64,000 nt of DNA from Anolis carolinensis (lineage: Eukaryota). The position numbers and the translations under genes were made by a program. The stretch is taken from contig NC_085841.1 of NCBI RefSeq assembly GCF_035594765.1, positions 264,646,525 through 264,710,524 of the forward strand, given 5' to 3'. Shown in pieces: positions 35,501 to 47,500 of this stretch. The notes under the pieces were generated by a model. The model saw only the letters and a list, made by a program, of their open reading frames with translations. It ran no database searches and was not told the DNA's origin. How positions within the stretch are numbered: position 1 is the first letter of the stretch; each line of letters opens with the position of its first letter.

Positions 35501-38500
35501 TGGGAGTGGTGGCGCTTCGCGGAGTAGTATAGGTGACTGTCGGCGTTGGCGTGGAGGAGACGGGTGTGGGTGTCGTCGGTGGCATCGGAGTGACGGTTGG
35601 CAAGGGGGTGATGGGCGATATTGTGGTAGTTGGAGTGTGCGTGCTTGTTGGAGTAGATTTGGTGGAGGTTGTGATGGGGGTGGTTGGAGTGGTAGGGTGA
35701 GAGGTCGATGTGGTGGAGGGAGATGTGGTCTTGGTGGTGGGTTTGGGTGTTGTGGGGGTTGGGGTTGTCTTTGGCGTGCTGGCCGTGGACGACTCTGTGG
35801 ACACAGTGGTTTTAGTAGTTGTGGAGGGTGAGGCGGTTGGTGTTGTTCTGGTTGTGGGGCTGGGAGAAGGCTTTGTTCTGGGTGTGGGGGCTGGAAAAGA
35901 AAAGAATGAGGGAAGAGCTTTGAAGGCTTTGCAATAAGAAAGCACGGGCATAGCAAATTAATAATTCTAACAAAAATAATAAAGATTGAGTCTTCATTTA
36001 TATACTTTGTTATCTCCGAAAAGAGATTTATGGTGGTGAACAACAAAGTCAACAAATATTGAGAATCAGGAAACATTCAAAAGAGAGGCAAATAAGGATA
36101 CAGGGGACTTCCCTCCTGAGATAGGTCCTTACCTGGTGGGGTGTGTGTCGTGACGGTACTGTGGGTTGTTTCTATAAAGGAAGGAAAAAGCGGATAGAAA
36201 AGTTAGAGAAACGTAGGGGTGGCCATTAAGAAGAGCCAGGAGTGAGCCCACTGCAGTCCTGAGATGTGGGAGTCTCAGACCAGTTGGGTGAAGGCTGAAG
36301 TCCTGCCAGTGTTCCCCATTTGGGAGGAGCAGTGCACACGGCTTTAGAGGGAGTCCAAACGTTTCCAAAAATGTCATGAGGGGAGCAGGACGGGATTCCC
36401 ATCTGACGGTACTGAATGGGTTGGGAAAACTTACCTGTGGTGGTGACGGGGTGAGTTGTAGTCGAAGTGGTCGTTGTGGATGGAGGCGTGGTCGTTTCCG
36501 TGGTGGTTGGTGTAGTGGTGGTGGGAGTGGTGGTGCTTAGCGGAGTGGTATAGGTGACTGTAGGCGTTGCCGTGGAGGAGACGGGTGTGGGTGTCGTCAA
36601 TGGCATAGGAGTGACCGTTGGCAAGGGGGTGATGGGCGATATTGTGGTAATTGGGGTGTGCGTGCTTGTTGGAGTAGATTTGGTGGAGGTTGTGGTGGGG
36701 GTGGTTGGAGTGGTAGGGTGAGAGGTCGATGTGGTGGAGGGAGATGTGGTCCTGGTGGTGGGTTTGGGTGTTGTTGGGGTTGGGGTTGTCTTTGGCGTGC
36801 TGGCTGTGGACGATTCTGTGGACACAGTGGATTTAGTAGTTGTGGAGGGTGAGGCGGTTGGTGTTGTTCTGGGTGTGGGACTGGGAGGAGTCTTTGTTCT
36901 GGATGTGGGGCCTGGAAAAGAAAAGAAAGAGCGAAGAGCTTTGAAGGCTTTGCAATAAGAAAGCATGGGAGACGCAAAATAATAAATAAATAAATAAATA
37001 AATAATTGAACTTTATTTATCTACTTTCCTATCTCCCCAAACTGATTCAGGTTGTGAATAACAAAGTCAACAAACATTGAAAGTCAGGAAACTTTCTACA
37101 GAGTGGCAAATCAGGACAAAGGAGACTCTCCTCCCGATACAGGTCTTTACCTGATGGGGTGTGTGTTGTGATTTTGTGGTGGGTTGTTTCTTTATATGAA
37201 CAGAAAAGCAGATCGAAAATGCAGGGTGGCAATAAAGGAGAGCCAGGAATTACCCCACTGCAATCCTGAGATATGGGTATCTCGGGCCAGTTAGGTAAAT
37301 GCTGAGGTCCTGCCCAGGCTCTCAATTTGGAAGGAGCCATGCAGATGGCTTTAGAGAGAGTCCAAACGTTTTCAGAAATATCATGAGTGGGGCAGGGATG
37401 GTATTCCCATCTGACCGTATTGTGTTGTTTGGGAAAACTTACCTGTGGTAGTGACAGGGTGAGTTGTAGCTGAAGTGGTTGTTGTCGATGGAGGCGTGGT
37501 CGTTTCCGTGGTGGTGGGTGATGTGGTGGTGGGAGTGCTGGTGGGTTTAGGTGTTGTGGGGGTGTGGGTTGTCTTTGGCGTGCTGGCCGTGGACAATTCT
37601 GTGGACATAGTGGTTTTTGTGGTTGTAGGGGGTGTCGTGGTTGCTGTTGTTCTCAGTGTGGTGCTTGGAGGAGGCCGTGTTCTGGGTTCCGGTGCTAAAA
37701 ACGACAAAAAAGTTGGAAGAGTGGTGAAGGATGTGAGGTTAGAATTGGAAAATCAAAAGAGAGAGAAGTCAGGCCAAAGAGGACTGACAGATGTCTTTAC
37801 CTGGTGGGCTGTGTGTCGTGATTGTGCTGGTGCTTCGTGTTTTTTCTGCAACGGGAAGAACACAGGAAATTAAATTTAGAAAAATGTGAGGATGGGAATT
37901 AAGCAGAGCCAGGTCTAAACCCGCCTTCCGAAGATGTGGGGGTTTCAGGAAAATTACTTAATTGGCAACTTGCAATGTTAGGAATTAACAAAGTATGTTA
38001 TAAAAATTCTTTAGAAAAGTGCAACATTTTGCCATGCTAACCATTCAAATATGGTTATTTACCAGAAGTGGTCACAATGGTTATTATCTGATGAGATGTA
38101 GTGGATGGAGTAGCAGTCTCTGTAACACTGTGGGTAGAAGTTATTGGAACCGTGCTTGGAGTTGTTTCTGTAGTTGGTGTAGTACTGGACTGAATAATTT
38201 TAGATGTGCTTGAAGTATCTGATTCTGTTGATACAGTAATTCTTGAGGTTGTGGATAGTGAACTGGTTGCTGTTGTTTTCGGTGTGCTTGTGGAATGCCG
38301 TGTTTCTGGAGTAGTTCTAGCTGAAAAAAAAGGCCCAGTGGTTATCTGGACAGTTGTTTGAGAAGGGGAAAGCCAAAAGAAGGTTGGCCAGTTGAACCAT
38401 TTTGTTCATACTTCCAGATTCAAATACTTACGCTGAGATGTTGAGGTTGAGACTACAGTGGTAGTTTGTGTTGCTGTAATAGAAAAATGAAGTATTAAAA

Positions 38501-41500
38501 TTTTTCCCCATGATATAGTAAAAAGGTAGTGAATCCTAAGTTCATCATATATCATTTGAGCCACTGAGGAGAAACTTGCAGTTTTATTTAACCAAACAAA
38601 GCTCATTGTTTTTTCAATAGTTTCTAGTCAGGGAATTCGAAGTGGCACTAAAGGTGTTCTTTGGTGTTTGTGTAGCTTGTAAACATTTCTCAAAAGATGA
38701 TGAAATTATCTGAGAACCCATCTACACTACCATATAATTCAGCATCTGAATCCAGATTATTTGCTTTGAACTGGATTATATGGCATTGTAGATAATGCTG
38801 TTCAAAGTGGATAATCCGGAATCAGATACTGGATTATATGGCAGTGTAGATCCAGCATGAGATGCAAGCTCTGAGTGTAACGAGCAAACCACTCATTATT
38901 TTGATGGCTACAGTCAGAGATATTGGTAGTGAATATATTAGTTGTTTCTGTGTTACTAGAGATAGTAAGTAGAGAATTGTGCTGGGAATGGAGATAGGTG
39001 TGGTTTTACATTTGACATAGTGAGAAGGATTGTCATTATTTTGTAAGGAACCAGTGGGTTTCATAACGGTTAATATGACAAACACCTCTCACTCCCCAAC
39101 TGGAGAATGTATCCCTAAAACGAGTGCAGTCTTGGAATGGAATTTTTAAGCCTTCTTTTCTGGTGGTTTATAATTTCCATTGTAAACTGTGGTCTACTTA
39201 GGAAAGAACTTACTTTTCTATTCCATTCTGGAAGTGAACTATTGGACCAAACAACATTTTAACCACCATAGCAAATCCTATAGAATCCAGGGGTTATTTT
39301 TTTGGCATGACACTTGACCTCTCTGCTTGAGAATATTAAGAATCCTTCTGAACTACAAATCCCAACTCTATATAATGTAGCTATGGCAGCTAAAGTGGAA
39401 CCCTAGCACTATAATTACCATATATAGTGTGAAAAGCCCCTTGGTGTTGATGAGTTGGGGAGGGAAGTAAACCAGGGCAAGAGAACATGTTCCCATTTTC
39501 CACAAAAAGAGGGTGTCAGGTGAAACTTTCAAGTCTCCTTTGAGCCAAAGGCTGCCATTTTAAATTTTCCCCTTTGGAATAAGGATCTTAGTGATGATCT
39601 GGCTGCATTTTGTGATCACCATCCTCCTTCTACATTAGTTCTTCATAGTGGTGTCTCCAGCTTACAGGAAGATGGAGGACTCTGAATCTCCAAAACTGTA
39701 GCCTAAATATTGAGCTGAACAAATGTGGGAATGCCACTTTATCGTTTTTTTTAGATTATCAGTTGTTCTTAGTGCTATTCAAGCCTTTGAAAGGTGAAAA
39801 GTTTAGTTCAAATTGAGGGAGGGTTCAATGCTGAAAGAGGAGTATAATATATCTGTAATGTTAGTCAAATCAATTTGCAACACAAAACAAATCAAATGAC
39901 AAGTTTCAAAATTATATCAAAGGATTCAAAAATCTCAGTTTGAGTACATTAAATGGGCTGAGATTAGTATGGGAGTCAGATCTGAGAATAAAAATAGAAG
40001 AAAAACTATGGAATTTAATTTAGAAAACCCCATCCCATAAATCAATATCAGCACGACTGAGAGAAAATATATTGAAAATTACATAACACTAATAAAGTAG
40101 AAATTGTGGAGAAATTGGGGTTAGAGTCATATGTGGCTAACATGTCCCAAAGTATGTTCTTTTTAGATAAGTCAAATAGCGGGGTAAACAGTTTATCTTA
40201 ATGCGGCACTACTAATAACTCTTTATTCAAGAAGGCGAATAAAGATTATCAAATAAAGACCTTATATCAGTTATGATATGTGCAGCGAGGGTAGTAATTT
40301 CCAAAACTGGGGAAAATAGATAATTTATCAGTAAGGAATTGTTTATACAAAATATGAGCTATAGCCCTATTGGAAAAGTTAGGAAACAAGATAAAAGTAA
40401 CAAAAGATGAAATAAAAAAGACTTATTTTACATTACATGGAAACCATTTTTAGTTATATGTGTCAAAACAATGACAAATCAAACCATCATATGGTCAAGT
40501 GAAATTTTGGATCCACAACTAGATAAAGCACCATTATTATAATGTGCAATGGAAGATATTGAAAAATGCAGGTATAAAAAAATTGATGGAACTGTATATT
40601 AAAATGTATGATGTATTGGGGGAGGGTGAGAATGGGTGGTTTTGTTTGGAATGAAAGAGATAACTTGTTGCATTATAAATATTGTATTAATGTTGACAAT
40701 AATTTTAACATTAAAAAAATAAAATAAAAAAGTTTGACAGCACTGCTGAGTTTTCACTTTGGCTAGTCCACACAAAGTATTATTTGGCTAGTTCATGATT
40801 ATGTGCAAAGCAGAAAAAGATGTACGTAACAAGGTATGGACAATTCCTAAATTATGTACAACTAGTAACATATCTGTATGACCCATTGTGCATTATTATT
40901 GGACAGTATTGGCAAATGGACACTTTCCTTCGCTGTACAGACTGTGGATTTGGATCAAATATAGTTCTTCTCAGGGGATACTTCTGCCAGTGGGATGGAG
41001 GGAGATATAATTGATATAGTGATTCCCAATTCCCAATTTCCCATGCAGTTCATTGTGTCTTCTGATAGATTTGCAGATCTTCTATAATACAGTAGAGTCT
41101 CACTTATCCAACATAAATGGGCCGGCAGAACGTTGGATAAGTGAATATGTTGAATAATAAGGAGGGATTAAGGAAAAGCATATTAAACATCAAATTAGGT
41201 TATGATTTTACAAATTAAGCATCAAAACATCATGTTATACAACAAATTTGACAGAAAAAGTAGTCCAATACGCAGTAATGCTATGTAGTAATTACTGTAT
41301 TTACGAATTTAGCACCAAAATATCATGATGTATTGGAAATATTGACTACAAAAACATTGACTACTAAAAGGCAGACTGTGTTGGATAATCCAGAACATTG
41401 GATAAGCGAGTGCTGAATAAGTGAGACTCTACTGTATTATAAAAGAAGGCGTGGAATGAGGCGAGAAGAATTAGGGGAAAAAAATCTTCATATTTGGGAC

Positions 41501-44500
41501 TTTTTTTTTTACTGTATCAAAAGCCTTCTATGATCAGACCTATCCATCTCATTCATGTAAGACTAAAACTAGGACTCGTAAGCTAAAAGGTATCATGCAA
41601 TTTTAGCGTACATTTGAAAACATTGTACTCACCTGTTGGTGTCGGTGTCAATGTTGGTGTGGGTGTTGGTGGTGTAATACCTGAAAGATAAATATGTGAG
41701 AATAATGTGGAATACACACTGTTTTATAATATTAAGGGTTTGGAGGACAAAAGTATCCACTATTTTATTTTCTTTATGTGTGTGATTTAATGGCAGGAGA
41801 CTATTGGAAAATATCATATGCTGTTAATTGAAAAAGTACAGAAAATTGTGGTTAGCCATATAAACAAAGGTTATATAGTTTCTCTATGCAGAAGAAGAAG
41901 AGAGGTCATCAGTAGTGACCAACTAATTGTTGGTGGTATTGTTAGGGTAAGCTGTGTTTAAATAATTTATAAACAATACTGTACCAACTTTTCCTTGATG
42001 AGGATTTCTTGATTTTAACAAATGATATTTATTTCCATCATTTTTTCCCATTATTTCTATCCCACCCTTCTCACCTGAAGGGACTCAGGGCGGCTTATAT
42101 CCTTTGTCTTATCTTTTTTGTAATTCTGTGATGAAAGCAGTTGCTTGCTTACAAAAACATAAGCAAGAATACTAAGTCCTATACAAATGGAGAAGTGTTT
42201 AGCTACTAGAAAATGTTTTTCATAAACATGGATACATTTTCAATGTTTTAAGGACTGTGTGATTACCTTTTTACTGTAATGTATACAGCAGTGTCTTAAA
42301 ATGCAAGTCTGCAAGACTTGAGAAGCACTTATGATAAATGGGTAATTTAGAAATTTCTCATTCATGGGATCCCCACAAGTTGATTTCAACTTGATGATAT
42401 TTGACAACAATGACTTAAATCACTATAATGGATACTACACTTCTTATAGTGCAGCAAATTGTACTGCTTGCTTGCTTGATTTGATTTCCCAAACTTTTCT
42501 CAATATGAGATCTAAAGCTGTTTATAATATGAAATAAACATAATAGCAAAAACAAAACATAAGACTAGATAAAATAAATATTCAATTAAATTAAAACATC
42601 AATTTAAATACTAGATGCATATCCCTCTTCAATATGACTTTTTGGTGCTTAATATTAGGATCAAAACCCATCCTTTGTCTAAAGTAAACTTGATTGCAAA
42701 AGAAGGCTGCAATCATATTAATTTTATGCACAGTAAGGAAAATTTTATTTACTTTGTTTCTACCCCATTCTAACTCACCCGGAGGGAAAAAAAAGTCCCA
42801 GTGGAATCGGTAAACAAGAATATAATTGACTTGCAAATGCATTTTCTAAGTTCTAGAATTATTCCAAGCAAGATATCTGAAAGTGAATGTTTTTCCTTAC
42901 CACAGGGCACACAGGACTTTGTTTTAGGATTATAGTATTCATCCCCTGAGCAGTTGTAACATCCTGTGAGTAAGGAAAAAATACATTTATTGTCCAGAAG
43001 GCATGCAGCAAATATTTTATGTAGATTTAAGGATCAGAAAAAGATTCAATAAAGCCCACTTTCCATTTGTAAAGACATACTGAAGATCTAAAGATACATG
43101 TTTTCAAGCATGCAAATTTAGTCCCATTTTTTCTATGAAACATATAAAAGTTTTTAAAGCATCTTATCCACTTTCCCCTAGCTTCCTGGACATATTTGGA
43201 TGGAACAGGATAAATAGTATATGAACCCCATATCAGTAGGAGATATGTATCTGGATTTTGCATGGATATGTGAAACTGTAGATAATAGTGAAAGTTATCA
43301 TTTTCAATAAGGCAAATGGCAGATGTGTTGAGAAGAGGGCATAGGTTGCATGGAAAATCCTGAGTGAATAATTGAAACCACATACATTGGTTCCATGGAT
43401 ATGGGGTCATTCAGTATTTTTTTTAAAAAACTGTAATTTTATTTAATTATTTTGTCTATGAATTAGTAAGGAAGGCATGGTGACATCTTCTCAAGACAAA
43501 GAGTGAATCAAAGGTTTAATTTCCTGCATTTCAGATCATAGTCTCACACTCTGTTTGAAAGTAGTAGTTGAATAAGAACAAAACAAAATAGGCTTCTGGT
43601 TCATAATGAGAGATGTGAGGGGAAATCTGACTAAATGATTTGTTTTCAACAAAATAGTCTGAAGAGAGTTGATTCACTCTGCGGCTTCTCACAATCAGCA
43701 CAAGAAAGATATAATGGTATTGAGATCTCTGCAATTAATATATTGCATCAAAATGAACAGGACAAAAAGACTGAGGGCAGAAATACTTAAGAGAAGAATT
43801 GTTAGACAATTTTGAACTGATATTAAGTTGACAGTGAATAGTTTCAACATGTTGCCTGCCAGCAGCCAAAATTATATTTGAAAGACTTCCATGCACAATT
43901 CTTTGTTGTTGCTTAAACAATTATCCAATCTGAGTTTGCATTTTTAAAAGAAAAATAAAGATTGTTACCTTCAATATTGACACCTACTGATGTTGACATG
44001 TTTAGACATTTACAGGGCCGATAATGCCAGGTGCAATTTAATTCATTAACGTAATAATAATAGGTGCCAACCATGCCACTCTTCTTATGGGAGTTGAAGT
44101 AGTCACAATAAACAGCTAAGATAGAAGAGAATGTGATTGTTACTATGAATATTACATTAGTCAAAGACAAAACACTAAATCAAAAACATGAAGAAAGCAT
44201 GCTGTTGAAACATCTTCATCCTTCATCATCGGACACATTGGCAAGGGCTAATGAGAAAGAGATCAACAACATCTGGAATCCAAGAAATTCATGTTTGTTG
44301 TCCTTAACAGAAGACAAGTTACCTATGGTCTAATTGTTCATCACTACAATCTTTTCACCAGATAGCACTAATAAGCTTTTGAGACATACAAGAGATCTTT
44401 AGGACATAGTTTCAAAATATTGCTCTAAACACATACTAAATATTTCTCTTTTAGTTTCTGAAACAAGCAAACTTAAAAAGTATCATCTAGTTCTGCATAT

Positions 44501-47500
44501 TATTATATGAACATATAAAGCTCCTACCATAGTTTTAAAGTGATAATAAGAAACTTACGACAGAAGTCAGGGGTTCTCCAATCAATGCATACGCCAACAT
44601 CTAAGCAAGCTTTTGCATACACTGCAATGGCATCGCACATGCATTCACAATCTCCTCCAGTGTCACATCCACATGAATCACGGACACAAGCTTCATAATA
44701 TGGCATCCGGTGTACCTAGAGCAAAGACAGAAACAATAAACTGGAAATTATGTGCAAGCAAATATTTAATTTCAAACACAATATGAGCCCCCGACCCAAC
44801 TGGTATCTGTGGGGAAGATATCTTTCCAAGTTTTGCATGAATATGTGAAACCATGGATAATAGCAAACTCTATTGAAATGAAAGACCTCTAGAATCATAT
44901 AATCAAAGAGTTGGAAGAGACCACAAGGCAGGGGGTTTGACTGGATGGCCCTTGTAGTCTCTTCCAACACACAACCAAAGCACCCCCTGGCTCAAGAATG
45001 CCATAGAGTCATACTGGAGATCCAGGAAATGCCTACAGATAACGTATTTTTTCAGTTACAGAACTCAGTCTAAATTGTGTTTTCAGTCTCCATATTGAGA
45101 CTGTATTTTATTGCTCACAGTGCAAGTACAATGTCTTAAATCACAATTTAACAAAAATAAATTTTGTACTTTGTACATTTTGTACATTAATTCAATTGAT
45201 ATCTTTTAGTTGGGACTTTCAACAGGATATAGGCTGGAGTGGGCAGCCCCATAAGACACAAGTACACTCTTGGGGCCTCAAAAAACCTTTGTTTTATGGA
45301 CTTTGTTAGTTTTATGGACTATAGTTTGTCATTCAGATGAACAAGAACGTGGTCAGGAAAAACACATTTCCTTCTCAGATGTTTATATATAAATCAAAGA
45401 TTGCAGTACTGAAATTATCAATGCTTTCAATATACGTAGTACCCAATGGTACAGTTAGAGTCTAAAAAGTGTGGCTCACATAGAAAGCCATACTTTTTGG
45501 TCAGTATATTTTACTGACCAAAACGTGTAGCTTTCTATGTGAGCTAAAGTCAACATCTAACAGATTTGTTGACATTTAAAATAATACAAAGAAACCTGGA
45601 GTTTGAAAGGCTATACTGTATAGGGAAAATGATTGTGTCTTATACTACTAGAAAATACTGAAACCAATGAGGGTTCCACTCTCTGCTTTACCTTACTGTG
45701 GCAGGCAGCAAATACTTGACTGTTGATAATAGAGCACTTTTTCTCTGCCCAGGCTTTGCGATAAGGATTCCTGTTGCATGGGTCAGCCACAAAGAAGACA
45801 TCTCCACACAATGGGTTCTCCTTCCAGGAATTCACAAATTCCAGCTCATTGGATGCCACATATCGAGTTCGGGTTTCAAAATCATCTCGTATATTTCCAT
45901 TGTAATTACCACATAGACCACAGAGGTTATCCTAAATTGCATCAAAATGAATCATGGACATTTTATTAGCTTACAAAAATAGGGTTAATAAAGTACATAG
46001 CAGTCATGAAGCATGAGTGAATGATCCAGAAGAGGCATCTGAGAAGGTAAGCATTGTAAATTCAAAAAATAAAATACACATCTGCTTCTACACCCCCATT
46101 TCTTTAGTAGGAGTAGCCGTTTGTCTTCCTGAAAGTTTGGGTCTTATGCAATCTTCTCCAATGACTGTGATATGAAACATATAGGCAAAAGTATTTTTGG
46201 TGGCGGTGGTGGGGTGTATGGGAGTATGAATGTCTCCATTTGACAGGGATTATCTTAATTAATCATCTGCTATTCTGCCTTTTCAGCATGCTCGGGCACA
46301 AGCAAACCACTGCAACTTCTGTTAGCTTGTGTGTTCTTCCTTATTAATAACTTTTGTGGCCTTGACCACACTCTAATGTTGCTTGGCCACATGTACTTAG
46401 ATTTTCATCCATAGAACGTATACACAGAAGCTAGGGTATAAGAAGGTTGTATCTACTACATAGGCTGTGCTTCCCTCATCTGAAGGGTTTGGTTGTCATC
46501 AAGAGGCAGCATGCAGTTAGTAATTTAAGTTATTGTGCATGTTTCCAATATATAATAACCCTAAGGCCAAGCTATCACAACGTTTTATTGGCAAGGTTTG
46601 CCCAAGGTGTGCCTTTGCCTTCCTCTGAGACTAAAAGAGCGTGACTTGCCCAAGGTCTCCCAGTGGATTTCCATGACCCTTTTGTAAATGATGAAACATT
46701 TTTAAGAGAAGGGAAAGAGACAGGCACATGCCCAGGACAGGAGGTGTGGTTGACATTAGGGAAGGGAGCATGAGGGGAAGCGGAAATACATGCACACACT
46801 TGGAAGAGGAAGGGTGGGGGACAGTGATAGTTACCCCATTTGGAGTCCTGACCTAGAAGCAGTGATGTAGAGGAACATTGGATGGATTGGGAGGAGTTAT
46901 CCATTAGCCATGTGATCAACCAAAAAGCCTTATTTTATAAGATATGGGAAGGAGAGAGTTGCAAGTGTGATCTAGTCAGTATGTATACAGTAAGTATACA
47001 TAAAAGTATACATAAAAGCTACTAATTGTCTACTGGACTTTTGCTTTATGTGTAGTGGGGTTCTAAATGTTCAATTAGAGTTTTAAATCATTGCAGTATG
47101 ACAGAAAGTTTCATTTCGACATCCAAATTCATATTTGCATAATGTTATATCCACATTTTACCTCAACCCCACCATAGCAACAATCCTGAGATTATGGTAC
47201 TGTTACGATCTTTTCATTTTCACCCATTTGCTCATCAGCAATGCATTTATAGATTTCAACTATTAATTTTTAATACCTTTGTTATTTAATTCTGTTTTAA
47301 CATTTGTATATTTGTAGGTTTTACATTGTATTGAAATACTTTTAATGTAAGCCACTTTGCGTCTCCTTGTGAAGAAAAAAAGCAGGATATAAATAAGAAT
47401 AAGAATAAGAATAATTCATTAGAAAATGACATTACCTTTGTTTCTCTGGAAATTTTGATGAATAAGTTCATGTGTCTGTTCCAGACAAGGATTATATCAT

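Larger units (their letters stand above)
13978..36911 (-). repeat. tandem array of 23 ~1021-bp exon-intron cassettes encoding the MUC6 PTS repeat
   Basis: Period 1021 bp, except 1018 for units 2-3 and 1022 once. Unit = 477-nt exon + 242-nt intron + 39-nt exon + 263-nt intron. Confidence 0.97.

Noticed and set aside
13978-36911. CRISPR-like or prokaryotic repeat-array interpretation
   Set aside because: Units are ~1 kb and near-identical with no unique spacers, and they carry spliceosomal splice sites; the context is a vertebrate gene.
14080-36958. Alternative-frame and antisense ORFs in each unit (Pro/Gln-rich 186 aa, Gly/Cys-rich 64 aa, Val-rich 75 aa, 61 aa and 82 aa)
   Set aside because: Expected shadows of ACN/CCN codon-rich sequence copied with the repeat; no independent evidence of coding. 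The keratin-associated-like look of the Gly/Cys frame is compositional.
13940-36977. ORF-track 245-248 aa ORFs as separate tandem genes
   Set aside because: Their starts and C-terminal tails lie in predicted introns; only the cag…gt-bounded 477-nt part fits the MUC6 frame.
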